Source: Methyloversatilis sp.
Lineage (GTDB): Bacteria; Pseudomonadota; Gammaproteobacteria; Burkholderiales; Rhodocyclaceae
NCBI RefSeq assembly: GCF_030696805.1
Contig: NZ_JAUYRO010000025.1
Location: forward strand, 1,844-65,843
DNA length: 64,000 bases
Reading direction: 5' to 3'
Positions 56,193-64,000 of the stretch are shown here, piece after piece. Each line of letters starts with the position of its first letter. Within the stretch, counting starts at the first letter, position 1. The notes beneath the pieces are model-generated. The model saw only the letters and a list, made by a program, of their open reading frames with translations. It was not told the origin of the DNA and ran no database searches. The translations under genes were made by a program, and so were the position numbers.

Positions 56193-56465
56193 TCAAACCG
56201 GATCCGCGTCGCCGGGGGCGCGCGCCGTGATCGACAGGGCGTGGATGTCATGCTGCATCAGGTCGCCCAGTGCAGCGTAGATGAGGCGGTGGCGTTCCAT
56301 CAGTCGCTGCCCCGTGAAACGGGCGGATTCAATGGATAACCGGTAATGCCGTCCACCGGAACGCGCACCTGCGTGTCCGGCGTGCAGATGCGATTCGTCG
56401 ACCAGTTCGAGCGCCGCCGGTTCAAGTGAGGCGAGGCGCTCACGAATGGCGGATTCGACGGTCAT
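56193..56465 (-). CDS. bolA: BolA family protein
   Basis: DESHLHAGH.G, HY...I.S..F.G, RHR.IY.ALG and IHALSI motifs. Confidence 0.93.
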   Translation of the reverse strand: MTVESAIRERLASLEPAALELVDESHLHAGHAGARSGGRHYRLSIESARFTGQRLMERHRLIYAALGDLMQHDIHALSITARAPGDADPV

Positions 56466-56473
56466 GGCTTGAT

Positions 56474-56776
56474 TCACGACGGAAATACCTTGCGGAAGGG
56501 TTTGACCGTGACGCGCTCGAACACACCCTGGATAGTGTAGGGGTCTTCGTCGGCCCAGGCGCGCGCGTCTTCGAGCGAATCGAACTCGGCGATGATCAGG
56601 CTGCCGCTGAAACCGGCTTCGCCCGGGTCGACCGCGTCGATTGCCGGCATCGGACCGGCCACCAGCAGGCGTCCTTCGTCCTGCAACAGCTGCAGGCGAT
56701 GGAGGTGGTCAGGCCGCGCGGCAAGCCGCTTGGGCAGGCTGCCCGGCGCGTCTTCACCCATCAGAACATAAAACAT
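56474..56776 (-). CDS. yciI: YciI family protein
   Basis: RLAARP.HL.RL, GRL..AGP.PA.D...PG..GF.GS and W...DPY motifs. Confidence 0.93.
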   Translation of the reverse strand: MFYVLMGEDAPGSLPKRLAARPDHLHRLQLLQDEGRLLVAGPMPAIDAVDPGEAGFSGSLIIAEFDSLEDARAWADEDPYTIQGVFERVTVKPFRKVFPS

Positions 56777-56852
56777 CGTCACCTCTGTGGTCTCGGCAGT
56801 GTTGGGAACAGGATCGGGCAGGGCTGGAGCCGAAATGTGGAGTCGGACAGAA

Positions 56853-57461
56853 TCAGGAGTTTTTCTCGTCGACGTGACGCGAGAGCATGGCGCCCTGCGC
56901 AAGCACGAACAGGAACATGAGACCCATGCCACCGTACAGCTTGAAATCTACCCAGGTTTCTTCGCTGAAGCTGAAGGCAACATAAAGATTCAACACGCCC
57001 ATGACCGCGAAAAAGCCGATCCACGACAGATTGAGCCGCGTCCACACGGCTTCGGGAAGTTCTATCTGGGCCTGCATCAGGCTGCGGATCAGATTGCGTT
57101 TCAGGAACAGCGCCGCACCGGCCAGCGTACCCGCGAACAACCAGTACAGCACGGTCGGCTTCCATTTGATGAAGGTCGCGTCATGGAACAACAGCGTCGC
57201 GCCACCAAATACGACGATGATGCCAAGGCTGACCCACAGCATGATTTCGACCTTGCGCCCGCGCGCCATCAGCCACAGCACCTGTCCTATCGTCGCTATG
57301 ATCGCGACGGCGGTGGCGATCAGTATCGGGCCCTGCGTGACGGCGATACCGTCGCCCAGCAGCTGGGTGATCAGTGAGTGGGACGCCTCCGGCGATGCGT
57401 TGGCGAATTTGTAGGCTGCAAAAAACAGCAGGACCGGCAGCAGATCGAACAGAAATTTCAT
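56853..57461 (-). CDS. yciB: Intracellular septation protein A
   Basis: MKFLFD..P..LFF, FGG.TL.FHD..FIKWKPT, W..LN..W..FF and WV.FKL.G motifs. Confidence 0.95.
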   Translation of the reverse strand: MKFLFDLLPVLLFFAAYKFANASPEASHSLITQLLGDGIAVTQGPILIATAVAIIATIGQVLWLMARGRKVEIMLWVSLGIIVVFGGATLLFHDATFIKWKPTVLYWLFAGTLAGAALFLKRNLIRSLMQAQIELPEAVWTRLNLSWIGFFAVMGVLNLYVAFSFSEETWVDFKLYGGMGLMFLFVLAQGAMLSRHVDEKNS

Positions 57462-57680
57462 GGTCGCGAATTATGCCCCTCGGGCACCTGGGTGTCCAAC
57501 CGGATCGGCATGTGGATGCCAAATCGGGCATGGAACTGGCTTGGCGGCGAAAAAGTGGCTACAGGGCGCGCAAATTCATGAAGAAAGTCTGCATGGCCGC
57601 TTGTGGAGCGCGCTGCGCCTCACTATCATCCCTGCAGGTTTTCCCGCGCGCATTTGCGTATAACGAAGAAGGAGACTTAG

Positions 57681-57959
57681 ATGAACAAAGCAGAACTGAT
57701 CGAAGCACTCGCCAAGAAAGCCGACGTTTCCAAAGCCGCAGCAGGTCGTCTGCTCGACGGTTTTCTCGAATCCGTCACCACAGAACTGAAGAAGGGTGGA
57801 AAAGTGACCCTGGTCGGTTTCGGTACCTTTGCCACCGGCAAACGCGCTGCCCGCACCGGCCGTAATCCGCGCACGGGTGCCACGATCAAGATTCCTGCTG
57901 CCAAGACTGCCAAGTTTACCGCAGGCGCTGCGCTGAAGAAGACGATCAACAAGAAGTAA
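57681..57959 (+). CDS. hup: HU family DNA-binding protein
   Basis: MNKAELI, V.LVGFGTF...[15 protein letters not shown]...KF.AG..LK motifs. RBS AGGAGA. Confidence 0.96.
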   Translation: MNKAELIEALAKKADVSKAAAGRLLDGFLESVTTELKKGGKVTLVGFGTFATGKRAARTGRNPRTGATIKIPAAKTAKFTAGAALKKTINKK

Positions 57960-58049
57960 CCGGTTTCCTTTCCCGGGGCCGCGGCGAATCCGCAGCCCCG
58001 GACGAACTGTCCGGCATGACCCAGGAAGTGCATGCTTGCCGGCAGGAAT

Positions 58050-58087
58050 AACGGAGGTGTCCGCACGGCGGCACCTCCGTTTTCGTT
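58050..58087. terminator. Rho-independent terminator downstream of hup
   Basis: AACGGAGGTG...CACCTCCGTT stem followed by TTCGTT. Confidence 0.7.
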
Positions 58088-58265
58088 GGGCGTCACAGAT
58101 ATCATGGCGCGCCGCAGTCGGTCTTCCGCGCACGCTTCGCAGTCCGGCGCTGCCTGCTGCACATTCTTCCCGATTTGTGTTGTCGGAGTCTGTGACAGGC
58201 AAGCAGCGCACGGGTTGGATGGCGCACGCTACCATCGTGGGATTAATCCTGTTCGTGCCACGCCC

Positions 58266-59039
58266 ATGATCATCGTCCTGTCTCCCGCCAAGTCGCTCGA
58301 CTACGAATCACCCTTGCCCGCTGCCAGCGCAACCCGGCCCGATTTTCTGGATCGATCGGCCGTGCTGGTGGAAATACTGAAGTCCAGAAGTCCAGCCGCC
58401 ATCGCATCGTTGATGAGTATTTCCGATCCGCTCGCCGCGCTGAACGCCGCACGCTACGCTGACTGGACGCCTGACTACGACGTTCCGCGCGGTCGTCCGG
58501 CCGCGCTGGCGTTCAACGGCGACGTCTACGACGGACTCGATGCCCGCACGCTCGACCGTGCCGGACTCGACTGGCTGCAGCAGCATGTGCGCATCCTGTC
58601 CGGGCTGTACGGGTTGCTGCGCCCGCTTGACCTGATGCTGCCCTACCGGCTGGAAATGAGTACCCGGCTGGTCAATCCGTCGGGCAGGGATCTGTACGCG
58701 TTCTGGGGCGATCTGCCGGCGCAGGCATTGAACGCCGTGCTGGAGAACGATTCGCGGCCGGTACTGGTCAACCTCGCGAGCGACGAATACTTCAAGGCCG
58801 TGAAGCGCAAGACGCTGAAGGCAGAAGTCATCCAGCCGGTGTTCCAGGACTGGAAGGGCGGCACCTACAAGGTGATCAGCTTTTTCGCCAAGCGCGCCCG
58901 CGGACTGATGGCGCGCTATGCCGCCGACCATCGCATCGATGACGTCGAGGCACTGCGGGACTTTGCCGTCGACGGTTATGCATTCGACGTCAAGGCGTCG
59001 TCGGACACACAGTGGTTCTATAGAAGACGCCTCGCCTGA
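58266..59039 (+). CDS. yaaA: Peroxide stress protein YaaA
   Basis: [29 protein letters not shown]...PYRLEM, NLAS.EYFK and AKRARG.M motifs. Confidence 0.95.
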   Translation: MIIVLSPAKSLDYESPLPAASATRPDFLDRSAVLVEILKSRSPAAIASLMSISDPLAALNAARYADWTPDYDVPRGRPAALAFNGDVYDGLDARTLDRAGLDWLQQHVRILSGLYGLLRPLDLMLPYRLEMSTRLVNPSGRDLYAFWGDLPAQALNAVLENDSRPVLVNLASDEYFKAVKRKTLKAEVIQPVFQDWKGGTYKVISFFAKRARGLMARYAADHRIDDVEALRDFAVDGYAFDVKASSDTQWFYRRRLA

Positions 59040-59080
59040 GGCCAGAAAAAACGCAGCACCCATCACGAGGAGATCTGATC

Positions 59081-59671
59081 ATGACCCGCCAACAACATCT
59101 GCTGACGGCGCTTGCCGCGACGCTGGGCCTGCTGTGCGCCAGCGCCGGCTCTGCAGCGCAGGACAACCAGTCCGACCGTCTTTTCCGCGAATGCCGGGCA
59201 GCCTGGGCTGACAACAACATCGGTCTGGCCGATGAGCTCTGCTACAAGGCACTGATGCACCCCGATGTGAATGCGATTACTCCGGATGCCAAATCGCAGC
59301 GCCTGTACAACTATGCACAGCTGAAGCGCATGCTCGGCAACTGGGAAGGTGCGGAGGAGTTGTTGCGCGAATCGCTGACCATCGAGGAAAAGCGCGCCGG
59401 CAGCGCCCCCGATCTTCCGTTGGCCCGTCGCCTCGCCGAACTGTCGATCGCCTGCGCCGCACAGAACAAGTGGGCCGAAGGCATCGACATGATCGAGCGT
59501 CTGTATCCGGTCGCCGGCCAGTTTCAGGGTGGCGAGCGTGCGGCGATCAGCGAACTGTTCCGCAACTACGTGCCGCAGGTTGCAACGGCCGGCAAGATGG
59601 ACCTGGCGCGCCAGCTGAACGAGTTCTCTGACTCCGTGCCGGCACGCGAGCCCGGCTTCATCAATCGCTGA
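59081..59671 (+). CDS. Exported TPR-like protein
   Basis: Signal peptide, TPR-like helices (LYNYAQLKRMLGNWEGAEELLRESL), RBS GAGGAG. Confidence 0.75.
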   Translation: MTRQQHLLTALAATLGLLCASAGSAAQDNQSDRLFRECRAAWADNNIGLADELCYKALMHPDVNAITPDAKSQRLYNYAQLKRMLGNWEGAEELLRESLTIEEKRAGSAPDLPLARRLAELSIACAAQNKWAEGIDMIERLYPVAGQFQGGERAAISELFRNYVPQVATAGKMDLARQLNEFSDSVPAREPGFINR

Positions 59672-59683
59672 GGAGGATCGGCT

Positions 59684-60565
59684 GTGGATTCCAGCGCAGC
59701 AAAACCCGCAAGTGGCATGCCGGGAGATCCGGAACGGCGCGACTTCCTGCGGACCGCAACGGTGGCCGGATTTGCGCTGGCCGCGCAACCGGTGATGGCG
59801 CAGCAGATCATCAGCACGCCTGCCACGGGGATGGACACCGGCATGGCCGAGGTCAACACAGCCGATGCACAGAAGCTGCCTGTCTATTTCGCCCGCCCGA
59901 CCGCCACGCCGAAGCCGCCAGTGGTGCTGGTGGTGCAGGAAATCTTCGGGGTGCACGAGCACATCCGGGATGTCTGCCGGCGTTTTGCCCGGGCCGGTTA
60001 CTTCGCGATCGCGCCCGAACTGTACTTTCGCCAGGGTGATCCGTCGAAGATCAGCAGCGTGCCGGAGATTCTTGAACGTATCGTGTCGCGCGTCGGCGAT
60101 GCACAAGTGATGGGCGATCTTGACAGCTGCGTCGCCTGGTCGGCGCAGGCGGGAGGCGATGCCACGCGTCTTGCGGTGACCGGTTTCTGCTGGGGCGGCC
60201 GCATCACCTGGCTGTATGCCGCGCACCAGCCTGCTTTGCGCGCCGGCGTGGCGTGGTACGGCAAGCTTGACGGCCTGCCGGGCGAGCTCACGCCGAACCA
60301 CCCGATCGATCTGGCCGATGCGCTCAAGGCGCCCGTGCTCGGCCTGTACGGCGGCAAGGATCAGGGGATTCCGAACAGCGACGTCGAGGCCATGCGCGAT
60401 GCACTGTCGAAGTCACCTGCCGATGCGGCACGCCGCTCGGACATCGTGCTGTATCCCGAGGCACCGCACGGTTTTCACGCCGACTTCCGGCCGAGTTATC
60501 GCGAAGTCGACGCCAGGGACGGCTGGCAGCGCTGCCTTGCCTGGATGGCCGCCAACGGCGCTTGA
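59684..60565 (+). CDS. Dienelactone hydrolase family protein with Tat-like leader (YghX-like)
   Basis: RRDFL twin-arginine, V.EIFGVH.HI.D.CRR.A, GFCWGG, YGG.D.GIP and HGF.AD.RPSY motifs. Confidence 0.9.
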   Translation: MDSSAAKPASGMPGDPERRDFLRTATVAGFALAAQPVMAQQIISTPATGMDTGMAEVNTADAQKLPVYFARPTATPKPPVVLVVQEIFGVHEHIRDVCRRFARAGYFAIAPELYFRQGDPSKISSVPEILERIVSRVGDAQVMGDLDSCVAWSAQAGGDATRLAVTGFCWGGRITWLYAAHQPALRAGVAWYGKLDGLPGELTPNHPIDLADALKAPVLGLYGGKDQGIPNSDVEAMRDALSKSPADAARRSDIVLYPEAPHGFHADFRPSYREVDARDGWQRCLAWMAANGA

Positions 60566-60617
60566 CGCCGCTGTGCGACGAGCGCCCAGTCGGCTGGCGA
60601 GCGTGAGTGGGCGAGCC

Positions 60618-61622
60618 TCAATGGGCCGAGTGTGGTGTTGCGTGCGCCAGCCCGAGTGAAACGGTGGCCTTGGCATGCGTCAGGTCGCGTGCCGAACCGC
60701 TGCCGAACAGGCAGGCTGCCACCTGGTTGAGCAGCGGTTGCGGGATGGCGCGGTGGCCTTCCAGCATTTCACGTATGCAGTCGCTGGTGGCATCGATGTC
60801 TTCCGCCGGCGGCAGCGGATTGACCAGCTGAGGCGTGCCGATTTCGGCTTCGAACAGTGTGCGGGCGGTCTGGTGTTCGAACATCTGTATGCGCGGTCGG
60901 CGCATCGGGTCGGCGAACGAATCGTCATCGGGGGCACGCATCAGCAGCGCACGCTCCGGTGTGCGCAGGAACATGTCGTGCAGTCGCGACAACAGCTGGG
61001 CGTCGGCGACGCAGATCACGCGCAGGCTGCGCAGCGGTGCCGGGTCGAGCAGTTTGGCGACGACGTGCGCCGTGTTGCGGTTGCCCATGCGATCCCGCAA
61101 GCGGATCAGGCTGTCCAGAGAGGAGCTGAGCATTTCGGTCGGTACCACGGCGCAGCGCCCGGAATTCAGCGTGGTCTGCGCATCGGCCAGACTGCTGCAG
61201 GGCGCATGACCAAGTCGTTCGAACACGTCGATGCTGCCCGCCCGCACACCATGGCCCACGAGCCCATGCACCAGCACGGGCACTTCGAGACGCGCCAGCA
61301 TCAGCGCGAGCAGCGGCATCAGGTTGGGTGCCCGGCCGGCGCGCGAATAGCTCGGAATGACCACCATGCGAGGCCGATGCTGCGGCAGTTCGATGACCGG
61401 GATACGTTCGTTGAGCGCGCGCGCAAAGCCGGCCAGTTCGTCGGCTGATTCGTTCTTCCAGCGCAGGCTGGCCAGTACGGCACCGAGTTCGAGCGCCGGA
61501 ATTCGGCCGTCGAGCATGTCGGCGAACAGGCCGTAAGCCTCTTCTTCCGCCAGATCCCGGCCTTCGTCGCCGCCGCGGCCGAGCGCGGACAGCATGTCTG
61601 TCAGGGTCTGTTGGCTCAACAT
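60618..61622 (-). CDS. ybiB: YbiB (TrpD2, glycosyltransferase family 3-like DNA-binding protein)
   Basis: GRG....RDL...EA..LF..ML.G....LELGA.L..LR.K.ES, PSY..A...PNL.PLLA and R..MG.RN..H motifs. Confidence 0.88.
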   Translation of the reverse strand: MLSQQTLTDMLSALGRGGDEGRDLAEEEAYGLFADMLDGRIPALELGAVLASLRWKNESADELAGFARALNERIPVIELPQHRPRMVVIPSYSRAGRAPNLMPLLALMLARLEVPVLVHGLVGHGVRAGSIDVFERLGHAPCSSLADAQTTLNSGRCAVVPTEMLSSSLDSLIRLRDRMGNRNTAHVVAKLLDPAPLRSLRVICVADAQLLSRLHDMFLRTPERALLMRAPDDDSFADPMRRPRIQMFEHQTARTLFEAEIGTPQLVNPLPPAEDIDATSDCIREMLEGHRAIPQPLLNQVAACLFGSGSARDLTHAKATVSLGLAHATPHSAH

Positions 61623-61666
61623 CGCGGCGCTCGCTCCATGCTCATGTTCGTCTCCTCGAAATATTG

Positions 61667-64000
61667 TTATGCCGCTTGCCGTCGTGCATCGAGCATGCGT
61701 TTCAACTCGGGTACACAGGATCCGCATGAGGTGCCGCAACGCAGTGACTGCTGCAGCGACACCAGATCCGCTCCTTCATCGATGGCACGCACGATGTCGG
61801 GTTCGGCCACATCGAGGCAGTTGCACACGATGCGCCCGCGCGTGGCGGTGGCAACCGGCGGCGTGACCAGCGGTGCGAACAACCAGCGCCGCAGGTCGGT
61901 CGTCGGCTGGCGCCCGGTCATGACGTCGCGCAGCCAGCCAGCTGCGGCGGTTTCGCCGGTCAGCCGGATGCCGGTCAGCAGCTCGTCCTCGATCAGTGCG
62001 CGTTTGGTGATGTCGCGCCGCGCGTCGCGATAGACCAGGCAGGCCGGGTTGTCGAGCGCACAGATGCGGTCGATGTCGGCCAGCCATTCGTCCGGAATCG
62101 GCGTGTCGTGCGCGATGCGCAGCACCAGCACCGGGCGCTCGCGGCCGGCCAGCGACAGCGCGGCATAGGCAAAGCGTGCCAGCACCGGGGCCAGCGCTTC
62201 CGACCGTTGCAGTGCGGCACTGACGGCGACCTCGTCGCTGCCTTCGGTGCGCAGCAACAGCGCCTGATGCGGCAGGTCGGCGCGCGCGATCTGCACCGCG
62301 GCGTGCTTGAGCTCGGGCTGCTTCGAATACGGGTCGGTCCGGCCGGCCGTCAGTGCATTGGCGCCGCTGTTCGACAGGGTGTTGCGCCCCCAGTGCATCG
62401 CGACGAAGGCGCTGCCCGGTCGCTGGGCTGCGCTGGCATGCGCGCGCAGCACAATGGCGCCACGCCGGCTGCGGATGCGCACCAGGTCGCCGTCGGCCAG
62501 ACCGCGGCGCGCCAGGTCGTCGGCGTGCACCTCGACGCGCGGCTCGTCGACATGGCTGTACAGCTGTGCCACCTGGCCGGTGCGGCTCATGCAGTGCCAC
62601 TGATCGCGCAGGCGGCCGGTGTTCAGGTGCAGCGGAAAGCGGGCATCGATCTTTTCCGCAGTGGTGCTGGTGACCGGTACGACAAAGCGTGCGCGGCCGT
62701 CGGCTGTCGCGAACTTGCGCTCGGTGTAGAGGCGTGCCAGGCCGGTATCGGCACCGGCGGGGAAGGGCCACTGCTGCGGACCGAGCCGGTCGAGCAGGGC
62801 GTAGCTCAGGCCGGTGATGTCGAGGTCGCGTCCGCGCGTGGAGTCGACGTGCTCGTTGAACAGCTGTTCCACCGTGTCGTAGGGGAACAGTGTTGTTGCG
62901 TCGCGGCCGAGCCGGAGCGCGAGCGCGTGTGCAAAATCGCAGGCGATACGCCAGTCGGCGCGCGCTTCGCCCGGTGCCGGCAGTGCCGCGTTCACATGCG
63001 TGATGCGCCGTTCCGAATTGGTGACCGTGCCTTCCTTTTCGCCCCAGGTGGTCGCCGGTAGAAGCAGATCGGCGAAGGCGGCCGTTTCGGTGCTGCGGCA
63101 GGCGTCCTGCACGACGACGAATTCGGCCGCCTGCAGGGCTTCGGTGATCAGCGTCTGATCGGGCATCGAATGCGCCGGATTGGTGCAGGCGATCCAGATC
63201 GCCTTCACCTTGCCACTGCGCACGCCCTCGAACAGTTCGACCGCGGTCAGGCCGGGTTGCGCCGGTACGTCATCGATGCCCCAAAGCCGGGCGACTTCGG
63301 CCCGGTGTGCCGGGTTGGCGAGGTCCCGGTGGCCGGACAGCAGGTTGGCCATGCCGCCAACCTCGCGTCCGCCCATCGCATTGGGCTGACCGGTCAGCGA
63401 GAACGGACCGGCACCCGGCCGGCCGATCTGGCCGGTCGCCAGATGCAGCGCGATGAGTGCCGTGCCGTTGTGCGTGCCGTGATGCGACTGGTTCAGGCCC
63501 TGACACCACATTGACATCGCAGCCTTCGCCGAACCGAACCACTGTGCCGCAGTGACGATGTCTTCGGCACGCAGGCCGCAGATTTCCGCCGCGACCGCCG
63601 GTGTCACGTCGCGCACGTGCCGACGCAGTGCGTCGAAGCCTTCGGTGTGCGCGCGAATGAAGGCGTCGTCGGCATGGCCTTCCCACAGCAGCACGTGCAG
63701 CATGGCGTTGAACAGCCAGACATCGGTGCCGGGCAGCAGCGGCAGGTGGAGGTCGGCGTCGGACGCGGTGTCGGTGCGGCGCGGGTCGATGACGATCACC
63801 TTGAGCGCGGGATTGGCGCGCCGCGCGTCCTCGATGCGGCGATAGACGACCGGATGGGCGTACGCCGGGTTGCCGCCTGCGATCAGCAGGCAGTCGGCCT
63901 GGTCGATGTCCTCGTAGGAGCAGGGCGGGGCGTCGGCTCCCAGCGTCATCTTGTAGGCCGACACGGCCGAACTCATGCACAGGCGCGAGTTGGTGTCGAC
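61667..64000 (-). CDS. nasA: Assimilatory nitrate reductase catalytic subunit (5' end outside window)
   Basis: DTNSRLCMSSA, WCQGLNQS..GT, G.IG.PG.GPFSLTGQPNAMGGRE, TGRLRDQWH.M.RTG and C-terminal VC.C...CGT.CGSC BFD-like domain. Confidence 0.93.
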   Translation of the reverse strand, partial: VDTNSRLCMSSAVSAYKMTLGADAPPCSYEDIDQADCLLIAGGNPAYAHPVVYRRIEDARRANPALKVIVIDPRRTDTASDADLHLPLLPGTDVWLFNAMLHVLLWEGHADDAFIRAHTEGFDALRRHVRDVTPAVAAEICGLRAEDIVTAAQWFGSAKAAMSMWCQGLNQSHHGTHNGTALIALHLATGQIGRPGAGPFSLTGQPNAMGGREVGGMANLLSGHRDLANPAHRAEVARLWGIDDVPAQPGLTAVELFEGVRSGKVKAIWIACTNPAHSMPDQTLITEALQAAEFVVVQDACRSTETAAFADLLLPATTWGEKEGTVTNSERRITHVNAALPAPGEARADWRIACDFAHALALRLGRDATTLFPYDTVEQLFNEHVDSTRGRDLDITGLSYALLDRLGPQQWPFPAGADTGLARLYTERKFATADGRARFVVPVTSTTAEKIDARFPLHLNTGRLRDQWHCMSRTGQVAQLYSHVDEPRVEVHADDLARRGLADGDLVRIRSRRGAIVLRAHASAAQRPGSAFVAMHWGRNTLSNSGANALTAGRTDPYSKQPELKHAAVQIARADLPHQALLLRTEGSDEVAVSAALQRSEALAPVLARFAYAALSLAGRERPVLVLRIAHDTPIPDEWLADIDRICALDNPACLVYRDARRDITKRALIEDELLTGIRLTGETAAAGWLRDVMTGRQPTTDLRRWLFAPLVTPPVATATRGRIVCNCLDVAEPDIVRAIDEGADLVSLQQSLRCGTSCGSCVPELKRMLDARRQAA

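Overview
High-GC betaproteobacterial chromosome segment. Gene content (Fdh1AB-type formate dehydrogenase, quinoprotein-associated SoxYZ-like relay, PEP-CTERM proteins, NasA) suggests a Methyloversatilis/Rhodocyclales-like methylotroph; this is an inference. About 53 CDS are supported, mixing core genes (purL, mfd, kup, hup, yciB/yciI/bolA/ppiC, selO, mtnA) with accessory modules. Two families of REP-like repeats, one cobalamin riboswitch, several terminators and a sigma-54 promoter with an enhancer-like site are visible. I found no rRNA, tRNA, CRISPR array, transposase or prophage. The best candidate for an undescribed system is a cobalamin-riboswitch-controlled operon (44660-48796). It encodes two PEP-CTERM (exosortase-anchored) surface proteins and a TonB-dependent receptor. 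One surface protein resembles the Bacteroides BtuH B12-binding domain and the other is DUF4465/BtuJ-like, which suggests a proteobacterial surface B12-capture system. The second candidate is a periplasmic SoxYZ-like carrier with two MBL-fold proteins (one with a degenerate metal site) and a 4-Cys protein, lying between a heavy-metal-type RND pump and the formate dehydrogenase. All family assignments come from motif recognition by eye, not database searches. Start codons are best guesses.
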